DNA from: Zootoca vivipara
Taxonomy: Eukaryota
Length of the DNA stretch: 64,000 nucleotides
NCBI RefSeq assembly: GCF_963506605.1
Contig: NC_083291.1
Location: 33,294,001-33,358,000 of the forward strand
Direction of reading: 5' to 3'
In this document: piece by piece, positions 1-11,662 of the stretch
Numbering within the stretch: the stretch's first letter is position 1
Layout of the letters: every line of letters starts with the position of its first letter
Made by a program: the position numbers and the translations under genes
Notes under the pieces: generated by a model
What the model was told of the DNA's origin: nothing
What the model saw: only the letters and a program-made list of their open reading frames with translations
Database searches by the model: none

Positions 1-420
1 TTAGTCACTTCAGCTGATCACTACCATCTTCATGTGTCTTAGCTTGTACATGGGACAGAAGTATTAGGTGCATTAAAGGCGGAGGGTGGGCTTTGTCAGA
101 GCCTCCTTTGCTGTCTTTACTCTGCAGGAAATACAGTGGGCTTAAGAAACCATTTTGACCATGTCTTGGGTGAAAGTGACTGAAGAGCAGTAACAGTGGG
201 AATAGGATCAAATTTCAGATAGCATCAAATTGGGAGGGGTAGCTAATGCCACAGAAGACAGAATCAGAATTCAAAATGACCTTAACAGATTGGAGAACTG
301 GACCCAAGCTAACAAAATGAATTCCAACAGGGACAAATGTAAGGCAGGAAGAATCAGATGCACAAATATAAGATGGGGACACCTGGTTTACTAGCAGTAC
401 ATGTGAAAAAGATTCAGGGG

Positions 421-818
421 CAGGGCCGTTTTAAGCATATCTAGTGCCATGGTGCAAAGCTCCCTCCGGCACACACACACAGCCCGTTTCCCAGAGTTGT
501 CAACAATTTTTTAGGGAGGACGGCGCTACCAGTGGGGCTAGAGGAGGCAGGCAGTGTAGCTGGAGGGCAGCTCCTCCAGCGGGGAAGAGGCGTAGGCTGG
601 ACGCGACACCTCCCAGCTCAGCTGGCCACTTTGTGCCGTGGTGGCCACGGCAGATGGAGCCTCTGGGTGTGGCGCTGCTTCGGCGCGGCATGGCGGAGGC
701 GGGGCAAGGGTGGCGAGCTGATGCTGGGAGGCGCCGTGTCCAGCCTCCGCCTCTTCCCTGGCGCCCTCCAGAACTTGGCGTCCCGGCACCACTAGCCTCC
801 ATGGGTAAGACGCCCCTG
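421..818. mobile_element. GC/CpG-rich non-autonomous hAT-type MITE inserted in CR1
   Basis: TIRs CAGGGCCGTTTTA / TAAGACGCCCCTG; imperfect 8-bp TSD ttcagggg (413-420) / tctagggg (819-826); the CR1 sequence resumes on both sides. Confidence 0.82.
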
Positions 819-1294
819 TCTAGGGGTCTTGGTGGACCACAGGCTTAACATGAGTCAACAGTGCAATGCAGTAGCAAAAAATAATAATAATGCTATTCTG
901 GGCTGCATCAACAGAAGTATAGTGTCCAGATCAAGGGAAGTAATATACCATAATTCTGCCTTAGTCAGACCATACTCAGAATACTGTGTCCAATTCTGGG
1001 CATCACAATTTAAGTAGAGTGTTGACAAGCTGGAATGCGTGCAGAAGAGGGCAACCAAGATGATCAAGGGGTCTGGAAACCAAGCCTTTGAGGACTGGTT
1101 TAAGGAGCTGGGTATGTTTAGCCTGGAAAAGAGGAGACTGAGAGGAGCTATGATAGCCATCTTCAAATATCTCAACTGCTGTCACATGGAAGAGGGAAGA
1201 AGCTTGTTTTCTCCTGCTCTGGAGGGTAGGTCTTGAACCAACGGCTTCCAGTTACAAGAAAAGAGTTTCCGACTAAACATCAGGAAGAACTTTC

Positions 1295-1464
1295 GGTAGG
1301 TAGCCGTGTTGGTCTGAGTCGAAACAAAATTAAAAGAATTCCTTCAGTAGCACCTTAAAGACCAACTAAGTTTTTATTTTGGTATGAGCTTTCGTGTGCA
1401 TGCGAAATAAATAAAAACTTAGTTGGTCTTTAAGGTGCTACTGAAGGAATTTTTTTATTTTATT
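1295..1464. mobile_element. Penelope-like retroelement terminal fragment in fold-back (inverted) configuration
   Basis: 43-bp perfect inverted repeat 1337-1379 / 1409-1451 (aattccttcagtagcaccttaaagaccaactaagtttttattt); 7-bp TSD aactttc (1288-1294 / 1465-1471); resembles reptile PLE ends as I recall them, including the 3' half of a hammerhead motif on the minus strand (gcatgcacacGAAAgctca). Confidence 0.72.
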
Positions 1465-1680
1465 AACTTTCTGACAGTAAGAGCTGTTTGACAGTGGACT
1501 GGTCTCCCCTGGGAGGTTGTGGACTCTCCTTCCTTGGAGGTTTTTAAGCAGAGGATAGATGGCCATCTGTCATGGGTGCTTTAGTTGTGATTCCTGCATT
1601 GCAGGAGGTTGGACTAGATGAACAGACCTTTCGGTCCCTTCCAACTCGTCAGTTATATTATTCTCTTCTAGGATTCTAGG

Positions 1681-1843
1681 CAGGGCAGTCTGGAGCAGGT
1701 CGGGCGCCCTGGCGCTGAGGCGCGGAGATCGCTCCGGTGCTCCCCTCCCTCGCAGCGTCCCGCCTGGCTTCCGCACGGCTTCGCCGCACAGTGCCCCACC
1801 TCCCAGCACCGCGCCACCGGGACCTTACCTAGAGCCGGCCCTG
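1681..1843. mobile_element. GC/CpG-rich hAT-type MITE
   Basis: Termini CAGGGCAGTCT / AGAGCCGGCCCTG; perfect 8-bp TSD attctagg (1673-1680 / 1844-1851); close relative at 32723-32857. Confidence 0.88.
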
Positions 1844-3652
1844 ATTCTAGGACTGAATCCACAGGATCAGAGGCTAGGTTAGGGGCTGGATTTGGCCCTC
1901 ATGCTCTCAGTTACTTATCTAGACTTTGCCATGGAAGAGGAGGCAAACTACTCTCTTCTCTGGATTCAACAAAGCCACACCAGCAGATGAGGATGGGAGA
2001 TTGGGAGAAAGAGATAACAAACAAGTATCACTCACAGGGTGTCCAACCAAGCCCTGATCCATAGCCCTGCCCGGAAGGGCTATGACCGCCACCTCTGCTT
2101 TCGAAGCAGCTTCTCCCAGGGCTGAGGGTGGAGACTGGACTGGCTGGGCTCTCATCCCAGTGCACACAGCTTCATGGTCTAATTTCCCACACAAGCAATT
2201 GATTGGATCGCATGGCACTTCTAGCGATATTCATTAATATCAAGGGTGGGGAAGGCTGACCATTAAAGGAGGAAACAGAAGGATGGAATGGAAAGCCAAA
2301 ACAAGATTGGGATCTGGAATCTGAACCCTGCGGTGCTCAAAGTACCATACCGGTAGATATCTGTGGCTTGAAACAGCTAGTTATGGAAGTCATGGTAAAC
2401 ACCCTGTTAAATACAGTTGGTTCTCTCAAAGAGATACATAACTTTTCAACTTTCAGTCTACAGAAATTGAAGCTATACATAAATGTCATGGCTCAGCTTT
2501 CCAGGAAAAGCCCATATCAGAGCACCACAGAACCATCCTTTGGAGGCCATGCTGGTCAATGTGAGGAATCCAGATCAAAGGAGAACAACAGGATCCCTCG
2601 ACAAATTTCCACTCGTGGTCAGTTCACAGACTTGGCAGCAGCAAACCCAGATTTGCTGCAAAATGCAGAGTCCACAGGGAGCTGTAGCCAACCCTGGTGC
2701 TATGATTAGAGCACCTGTATGAAACGCATGCATGCAAACACATGTTTGTCACACTCACACTTCAGATAATAACACAAAACAAAACAAAATAGACTCAAGA
2801 AGCAATAAGCCAGCTCTTACTGAAGTGGCAAATCTATGTATGGGCTGCACCACTTCAAACCGCAGGTGTGGAATCACATGATGTGATGCTTGTTTGTGAT
2901 ATTTTTACCCTGCTTTTTGGTCCAAAACTGGCAGCCAATGCATCTCATAGGGAGGGCAGGGTTTCTCAACTATATGCAGAACAATTTTGGGGTGTGGGGT
3001 GTGTGGGGAATCAATTATGTGATACTCCACCTGCAGACCAAAAGAGATGTGACCCCACATGACTAGAACTGGGTTGGCAAGGCTGCATGCCAGCAAGGGA
3101 TGAATTACCGGTAGTTGGCCTCTCATTCTTCGACAGCAATGAATTAGCAGCACTGAGTGGCTCAGGTAAACCTTTAGGGCAGAATAGTGGGGCAAGTTCC
3201 ACCTGCACAAAGTGCTTTTCTGCAGCCATCTCATAGTGTGTAGATCTAACAGATGCTGATTGTCTTGTGAATGGCTTGACACGGATGCCTACTTTCCTTT
3301 TTAGCCATTTATCTGCTCTGGTCTGATTCTTACGTTGTTTTATTGTGATAATGCTTATTTGGTACGTGCATTAATTACTTTCTTTTGTCCATTTGATAGT
3401 TTTTAGCTGCCTCGGGCATATTTTATGGGAAAGGGGGGGGTATAAAAGTAATTAATAAATGAATGAAACAATGGGCAGAGCTTCCTCTTTTTTCCCTTAA
3501 ACAAACTTGTGTCAGCCTAAGATTTGCAGATGAATTACAGTAAATAATTCACAAGGCAATAATCCACGGGGCTCTCCGCACCCCAATGGCGCAGAAAAGT
3601 CAGCTTATGAGCATCCACTGTGATCAGTAAGGCAAATCCAATGTGTCTTGCA

Positions 3653-3788
3653 CAGGCATCCCCAAACTGCGGCCCTCCAGATGTTTTGGCCTACAACTCC
3701 CATGATCCTTAGCTAACAGGACCAGTGGTCGGGGATGATGGGAATTGTAGTCCAAAACATCTGGAGGGCCGAAGTTTGGGGATGCCTG
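3653..3788. mobile_element. 136-bp hairpin hAT (Charlie/Buster-like) MITE
   Basis: Long TIRs CAGGCATCCCCAAACT..GGCCCTCCAGATGTTTTGG; perfect 8-bp TSD gtcttgca (3645-3652 / 3789-3796). Confidence 0.92.
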
Positions 3789-4682
3789 GTCTTGCACCTT
3801 CCCTTAAAAATTTGTATTGGCTGTAGTGTGCAATGACTGATATCACAGGAAGAGACATACCCTCTGCCCCTCTCCACCCTCCTCAATTAGCCCTCGAAAG
3901 CCTCAGGATCCAAGCTAGGAGAATAAAGCTTCAGGCAGCAAAATGTTGGACCGTCCAGTCTCCCAAAAGGCCACAAAGCAGGCAAGGGCTGGGAGATCTC
4001 ACTTGCACCAATATGCATTCTCAGTAACTTCCAAAGAACCTAGGAAGACACAGTGGGCCACAGAGCGCTCTGAATTCTCCTCTTGCCAGGTGGATGGCAG
4101 CCTTCGCTTCAGCCCCACACAACCTCTAAGCATCGACCACTCCATTATCGGGAGCCATCAATCACCACCAAATGGGATGTAGCAGACCCACGCCAGGGCT
4201 CAGCTCCAAGCTGGTCTATGAAATGCACAGCTTCCTATTCAAGGCACTACTGATATCTCTTCCCCACTCACCAAAGAATGGGCTGCAAACAATCCTTCCC
4301 TCCCTCACCTCACAATGAGATGATCCAGTGAATAATAACTACGCAAGGACCTGCTGCCAGAAAGAGGGCAGGCGGGCCAATTCTGCCTCTCCGTGCTATA
4401 GACTGCCACAATGAGGGCCAGTCCTCCCCCCCCCACCACCACTCGGGGGCCTTATCAGTCACCCAGCAATTTGCTTTTGCTCTGAACTTCCAGTGTCTCA
4501 CGTGTGAGTGGCAATTTGTGGCAAGCGTCAGAGCATTTAGTGATATGCTTTGTTAACTGTGTGAGTAGATAGGGAGACCTGGGTCCCAATCCCTTTATTG
4601 TCATGAATTTGCTCTCTGGCTTTGGGCAAAAGCTAATCTCTCTCATACTCTGCCTGCCCTTCCTGCCATCCTAATGGTAACC

Positions 4683-4723
<41 letters not shown>

Positions 4724-4843
4724 TATTACTTATACCCTGCCCATCTGGCTGCCCGCCCCCCCCCCCAGCCACTCTGGGTGGCTTCCAACAGGATATTAAA
4801 AACACAGTATAATATCAAACATTAAAAACTTCTCTAAACAGGG
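4683..4843 (-). mobile_element. L2-type LINE 3' end with (AAT)n tail
   Basis: (AAT)n run followed by atacccTgcccatctggctg...cagccactctggg, the same terminus as the copies at 6885, 19171, 22056 and 59345. Confidence 0.8.
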
Positions 4844-5852
4844 AAAGATGGCCCCAAACTTTGCACACTTGAAAAGTATAGCAGTAAACTTTGGAGCTCC
4901 CTTCCTAGAGGGGATAGAATAGCTCCCCCCTTGCTGTTCTTCTGTCTTCTTGTCTGCTTTATTCCAGGGGGCTTTTGAGAACTCATTATTTCAAAGGAAA
5001 GGGTGCATTTAAAAATATGCTGTGCCTTTAAAAAAACACTAAGTTTCTTTGTTAGGTTTTATAGATTTATTTTATATCATTTTAATATCATTATAGTTTA
5101 ATTACTTATTAACTATTGTCTTTTATGTGTTTTTAACTTTCTGTGTTTTATTCATGCTTTTTCTAATTTTGTGAGTTGTCTTGACTCCTGTTTCTGGGGC
5201 AGGGGGGGCAGGAAGTGGGATATAGATATAATAGCAATGACTTTTGTGTCACCTATGACAACAGTAGGGGAGCTCTGTGGTATCTATTGGTATAAGGTGC
5301 CTGCTATCTGCACCAAGTCACCAGTGATAATTTCTGTCTCAGGCAGGGTTTTAAATACAGGCAAGACTCAATTTGCATGGGGGTTGTGTTCCGAGTCATT
5401 GTTTGTGATGGTTGCCACAATGCATGCAGTCGTGGTCACATGTCAATTGGACATGCATAAATTGGTAATTGCCTGTATATACAAGTGGGACCTGCCACAC
5501 AGTGTGTTGTAGTGCTGCCATTCAGGATTTTAGACTCATCATTCTAATCCCTCTCCTAACTGGTTTTTATTCACTTTCCCAGTGACAATCTGTTGCCACT
5601 CAGCATGCTTAAGCCTCATTGGGCTGTCCTTGAGTTTTCCCCTCCCCTCCCCACCCCAACTTAGGGTTTTGTTTTAATTGTACCTCTGTAAACATTGGGG
5701 CTTCCCTTCCGATCCCTCCCGTTTCTGCATGGATGGTGTCATGTTGGTTATGAAAACTATGGCACAGCCTGAACATCAGTGAAAGAGGGAACACTATGCA
5801 GACAAACACACAAACAAACACACACAAAGTTCTATGTATAGTATTTGGCTTG

Positions 5853-5897
5853 ATAGTATTATAACATTACTATAATAGTATTATAACATTACTATTA
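5853..5897. repeat. 22-bp tandem duplication
   Basis: atagtattataacattacta occurs twice, 22 bp apart. Confidence 0.75.
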
Positions 5898-6199
5898 AGC
5901 AAATATAAGCAAATGAAGCTTTCATAAGAACAGAGATGTCTAGCCAAAGCAGAGCGCCTTAGAGCAGCTCGGCTCATTTTTGCCACTCCTCTGTGCACTC
6001 TGGATTCTGAGAAGTGGAATCTGGCCTTACTGCACTGTGGTCACAGAGGATGCTGAATAATGGAACAGAGGCAAGAGCAATCCAAATGTTGCAGCCTGAC
6101 TTCCTCCAGAAAACTGCAAGGGATCCTGAGGTGCACCTCTCAGGTTGCAGTTTTCCTGCACTGGAGCCCCTAACAGTATTCATTCATTTAAATACTTCA

Positions 6200-6620
6200 G
6201 CACTGCAATTTTACGAAAAACATCAAAGCAGTTTACAACCATGTAATACGACTAAAAGCCACACCAAAATTAAAACAGATAACCAGTTAACTATTCCAGA
6301 AAATGCTTAATTGTCTGCATAAGCCTTGCAGCACAGAAGAATTTACAGCAAACCTTTAAAGGTTATTATAGAAGATGCCTGCTGGATCTCTACTGGAAGA
6401 GCAGTCCCACACGAAAGGTTGGTGATGTCAAATGGGGGAGGACCAGCAGATGAGATCCTACAAAAGATTTCAGGGATCAAACTGTGAAATAAGGATTCAG
6501 GTGGTCCCTAGCATACCCAGGACTTAAGTTGTCCATGGCTTTGTCAATTAACACAACCTTGAACCTGGCTTGGTAGGAAATGGGTAGCCACTGCAGATGT
6601 CCTGACCAGGAAAAGGGCAA
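6200..6620 (-). mobile_element. Old, degraded L2 fragment (boundaries approximate)
   Basis: Minus-strand translation LQWLPISYQARFKVVLIDKAMDNLSPGYARDHL matches the L2 ORF2 C-terminal LHWLP..RFKVL motif. Confidence 0.7.
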
Positions 6621-6884
6621 GATACAAGCCCAGGGCTGCACAGTTGGAGGCTGACTAACCCAAACACTGCAATTGCTCATGCATACTTAACACATGCCAC
6701 TGTCACTCAGGTGCTTTCAGCACCGAACTCCAAGAGACAGTTCCCTGAACGAGAGCATCCACCAGCTTGGACTCCTATGGACAGCATTCCTCCCTGCTCC
6801 CTGCTCCCACCCAGTCCACAGGTGCAAATGTCACATGCAAGAGGCTGAGATCACCTCAAGTTGCATGAGCCTAATGATGATGGT

Positions 6885-7209
6885 GTATTATTTCTACTCC
6901 GCCCATCTGGCTGGGTTTCCCCAGCCACTCTGGGTGACTCCCAGCAGAATATTAAAAACATGATAAAACATCAAACATTTAAAACTTCCCTAAACATCAT
7001 TGCCTTCAGATGTCTTCTAAAAGTCAGATCGTTGTTTATTTCCTTGACATCTGATGGGAGGGCGTTCCACAGCGCGGGTGCCACTACTGAGAAGGCCCTC
7101 TGCCTGGTTCCCTGCAACCCCATTTCTCGCAGTGAGGGAACCGCCAGAAGGCCCTCGGCGCTGGACCTCAGTGTCCGGGTAGAACGATGGGGGTGGAGAT
7201 GCTCCTTCA
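6885..7209 (-). mobile_element. L2 LINE 3' fragment
   Basis: Minus-strand KEHLHPHRSTRTLRSSAEGLLAVPSLRE...RAFSVVAPALWNALP; shared 3' UTR. Confidence 0.9.
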
Positions 7210-7779
7210 CAATCAAAGCAGTTTCTTTCTTTTTCTTTCCTTTTTTAAGTAGGCACTCTTGGGCTACAAGAAGAGAGAAAAGGAAGGAGACGAGCACACC
7301 CAGGCATCCCAACACCTCGTATGTTCTTATTATCCTTCCAAACAGGAAGCTAAGGCCTATTTCTCAGTGGGATGGTAAACCCATTTCAGGTCAGGGCTGA
7401 CATGATTGAAAACTCCTCCATACCCAAAATTTTAAAAATGCCCCATACATAGGAAATGAGACATCAGAGAAAAGGATTGTAGACTAACCTTCTTCCTGAA
7501 AGAACAATTTGTGTGTGCAAGAAATTTTATTTTTGGTATGATGAAGTTTTCAGTCATGCCTACAGTGGTGCTCTGTATGTGTCTGTCCCATCTAGTGCTA
7601 AGGAGACTTGTTTGAAAAGAAGTCACCCAGCCCCAATCTGGGAATTTAAGTACTTGTGTGCTTTGCCTTCCGTTCTTTACCTCCCTCTGTCTTAACACCT
7701 GTTAAGGGTGTAAAAGCCCTAGAGCCCAAGCTGGCACCCTCCTGAAGTTGCTGGGTGACATCTCCCATTGTGTGTGACC

Positions 7780-8290
7780 AATGGTGGTCCTGCCTGCCAG
7801 GGCGGAGAGCAACGGCATAGCTTAGCCGCTCAGGTGCCTGGTGAGGTGTGCGCATCCTGCAGCCGGGGGCGGGGCGAGCCAAGGCAGGGTGCGCTGCGTG
7901 GAGCCTCTCCGCAGCCTCCCCCTCAGCTGTAGGGCGGCTGAGGCAGTGGGCAGACACAAGTCCCCCCACTGCTCGAAAAAGCAGCGTGGAGCTTGCAAGC
8001 AGTCCGTCCACTGCCTCCCTCTCAGGAAAGACGTGTGGCTCAGGCACGCTGCAGACGCCACGGTGTGGCACCCAGTGCCCCCCACCTCACCTAGCTGCCA
8101 GTTGCATAGGGAGCTGGGTGCAGTCGGTGTGGGAGTTGTTGGGGTTTTTTTTAGAAAAAAAGTGTCGTGAGCCCAATTTTCAAATTTTTTTAAACACACA
8201 TACATATTTTTGCCATTTTGTCACCCCCCCCCCTCAGCGATGACACTCAGGGTGGCCTGCACCCACTGCACCCGCCTTCCTACACCACTG
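7780..8290. mobile_element. GC-rich DNA-transposon derivative (CAGTGG-type right end; left end uncertain)
   Basis: GC-rich island ending ...cctacaccactg, like the ends of the 26602 and 35298 elements; flanked by remnants of the short hairpin MITE. Confidence 0.5.
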
Positions 8291-8814
8291 GCTGAGAGGA
8301 GTTGGAGTCCAACCACATCTGGGGGGGGGGATCAGGTTAGAGAGGACTGGCCTACAGCAAGGACCATGGCTTTGCCCTTACCCCCTCTTGTGTCATAGCT
8401 CTCCCTTCCCCCCAAGTGCGGGCAAAAGGTTAGAGAGGCCTTGCAACTCTGCTGCACTTGGTCTTGTGTTTACATGACACGGGTTGGATTCATGGCAGGT
8501 TTTCGGCCCCCTGAGTTCTCCCTCACTGCTTCATTGCATCCCAGACCACTGGTAAACCAAGGAGCCGACCCCCGGGCTCCACTCAGCCGGAGGGGGAATC
8601 CGATCACTTCTTACCCCGCAAGGGACAACCATTCTAACAGACACATCATCCTGGCAGAGAAGTGACAACTGGAAGGGATGAGGAAGTGACCTGCCATGAC
8701 AGGAGAGCCAGCATAGAAGCCCCACTCTCCAGATCACCAACTTCTGGTGCAGCTGAGAGCCCTAGATCCAAAGCAAGACCTGCCATGTCCGTTAAACCAA
8801 CAACATATTGAGAC

Positions 8815-9105
8815 TAGGGATGGACAAATCTCTGTTTCTTAGTTTTCAACCTTCAGTTCAGTTCACCTCCTCTTCTCATTTATTCAGGTCAGCACAAAAC
8901 AGCATGTTCTTTTGGGTGCATTTCTCCCAGTATATGCATTTTTGTACACAAGTATGTCTAATAGAATGTATTTTGGCGAGGAATCATACAAACGATCTGC
9001 AAGCATCATAGATTCTCGGCTGGGCAAAAATCTTGTGCAAAAGATATGTGGGTTGAGAAATAGGGGTATTTCCAGAAAATAGCTGCTCTCCTCGTTCCTG
9101 GCTAC
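8815..9105. mobile_element. Degraded MITE-like repeat with TAGGGATG left end
   Basis: Starts tagggatggacaaatc; AT-rich interior (tgcatttctcc, tgcatttttgtacac) resembles 22580-22975. Confidence 0.4.
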
Positions 9106-9112
9106 AATAGGT

Positions 9113-9142
<30 letters not shown>
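9113..9142. repeat. (CA)n microsatellite
   Basis: Direct reading. Confidence 0.95.
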
Positions 9143-9144
<2 letters not shown>

Positions 9145-11662
9145 CCCTCTGTCTGGGACTCCCCCCCCCCCGAACACCAAATCAGCCAGCCAAAGAAAGA
9201 AATAGAAAAGGGGGGGTGTTGCTTCTGATGTTTTCCCTTGCACAGACCTTCCTAACCAAAGTCCCTGGTTGTCACAGCTGCCTGGCTCCCCTAAGCAGGG
9301 CAGCTGTCCCAGAGCCCCTGGGACCCTCGCACCAAGTGATGCCAGGCAGTGCGTCTGAAGCCAGCGCTCCCAAATGCCAAGGTGGGTGCCTGCTGCCTCC
9401 CCCCCAGCCCACTCAGCCTCTCCTAGGCTACGCATCCACCCTTTCTCTCCACTGACACCCTGGCTTACAAACAGAAGGGTCAGTAAGTAGCAGCCTCCCC
9501 CATATAACATGGGGTGCATCTGGAGTCTGAGAACCCCTTTCCAAATCCCCCCTTCCACATCCTCTTTCCCTTTGGGGTGAAATAAAGGCAAGACCATCTG
9601 TGCAAGCCTCCCCCCTTCTCCCCCCCCCCCCGATCTCACTTCTCTGCCAAACCTCTGATGCCAAGGTCTGCTTCATTGTCCCTGGACCTGCCAGCTCCAA
9701 GCTGTACTCCCAGACATTGCCGGAGCCATATCTCCGCCCCGCTCCCTGAGCACAGCTTCACTGCAGCAGGAGGGGCCTGGGGCCTTTTATTTATTTAATC
9801 TTTTTTCAGTTTGGTGGATGAATTGAAAGCTCACGTGAAAGCAAATCTGGCAAGGGCTGGAGTCGGTGTAGTCAGACACACACATCTTTGCCAACTCTCC
9901 TCAATCCTGAGCCATAACAACCCCCGCCCGCCCACCCATACACACACACACACACCTTCCTGCGCTGTTCCAGTCCTTGACCCTTCCCCCCCCCCCGTCT
10001 CCACCACTCACAGCACAAAGTGAGCCTCGTGAAAAGGGAAGCCATTTTAGCAAAGGCTGGCCACATGTTAGAAACCGGAGAGGGCCTGAGCCAAATTGGG
10101 GCCCCTTGCCACAGCAGAATTGCTGGCAAGCAGCAGAGGGTGTGGAGAGAGACAGCTTATTCTGCTCCGGTGCTGGGCTCCTCTCAACATTCCCCACAGC
10201 GCAGAACATGGCCGCTGTTCCCACACCACACGGCAGAAGAAGAAAGAAGCCAGCCGCCATGATCCCACTTACGGGGAAATTTAAAACCACGCCGAGGCAG
10301 CCTGCCCAGGCTGAGGAGCAAAATGGCTGCGCCTGTCGTGCCATGGAAGATTTCATGACAGAGAAATGCCGTTTCCTGTCCTTGTGCCTTTTTGGGTGCA
10401 ACCAGGGAGGGGCCAGGGGGCTTAGGGGCCAGGCAGACGGGATGAGGACAGGGCTCAGAACAGCGTTCAACCGGTTTCAGTTCTTTGTAATTTGCACCAG
10501 GGTGATCATGTCCTAACTGTTCCGGCTCTCCCCCTTGGCCTCAGCAGTCAAAATGTTGCCACGACTGGAGGTTTTCAGAGTCTTATTGATGAATCAGTGC
10601 AGTGTCCCAACATGAGGTCTACACGTTATAAGCAGGTGAAGCAGGGCAGAGGACTAAAATACATGGCTAGGCTTAGCTAAGTCCTTGAGCAAACACTTGG
10701 CATGCTCGCCGGGGCTCTCCTTTTGAAGAGTGAGGTGGTTGCACCTTGTTTACACCTTTGCTGTCCCGAGCCTCTGGAATGGGCAAGCGAATGAGAGCTC
10801 CTCCCTAGAGGCTGAACATGCGTGGTCTACTGGCATCATCACTGTGGCCTCCATGTCCTTGGAGATGGAAGAAGAGGCAAGAGAGTTGGCTCACAGTCCG
10901 GTGAGAGGGGAAGGCCCCAGAGTCACCTTCACAGTTGGTGACATAGTGTTGGGGAGTCTGGCATCGCAGAAGCGGGGTGCACCTCTGACAGCCACTAGGC
11001 CCTTTGCCTTGAATCCAGATCTCCACCTCCCAATCTGCTGGAACTCTTCCCTGGGTCAGATGCATCTTGGGGTCCCATGTTCTCACGCACAACCTGCTAC
11101 GACCTCCCCCTGGGTTGGCCTCTGCTAGTTCTCTGAGCAACTCCCATTTCTCTTTGTTATCCCACCACAATGTCTCCATGGGACTCGTATCAAAAGGAAA
11201 CTTGTGGCTCTGGTGACATTTTCTTTTTTTTTTTTTTTTTTTATCATCATTTTTTATTTTATTTAAACATTTCTAAGTTAGGTACATACAGCAATAAAAT
11301 TAATATACATACAGAAATAAAAACAAACATACAAATCTGTGTACCTCTCCAATAAACTTACATTTGTACAATCAAACTTTGGTTGTGTCATATTTATCTT
11401 TACTTCTCTTATAGCGTTCATCTTCTCCACTTGTTCTTTCGAACTGGACTTCCTCCTGTTTTCTTTCTTGGTTTTATTTATAATTTCACCGTTTTCGGTG
11501 CCATACTTTTTCTTGCCTGTCCATTTCCCTTTATATATATATATATGTTCTTTCCATTTATTCTCATCTGTATTTAACACGTAGTTTTACTTATATTTTT
11601 TGTGGACAATGGCTTTATAATTCTTTGTTGTATTTTAAATGTAATTCTACTAGTGTTTTTAG

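Larger units (their letters stand above)
213..1680 (+). mobile_element. CR1 LINE 3' fragment (end of RT + 3' UTR), interrupted by a hAT MITE (421-818) and a Penelope-like fragment (1295-1464)
   Basis: Degenerate CR1 ORF2 motifs (KLGGVAN..EDRIRIQNDL; AILGCINRSIVSRSREVI; LVRPYSEYCVQFWA; QKRATKMIKG; LGMFSLEKRRLRG) and a typical CR1 terminus ggttggactagatg...ggtcccttccaactc...attct repeats. Confidence 0.92.

Noticed and set aside
8884-9639. 251-aa minus-strand ORF
   Set aside because: Runs through a (TG)n microsatellite and a degraded repeat; no domain motifs.
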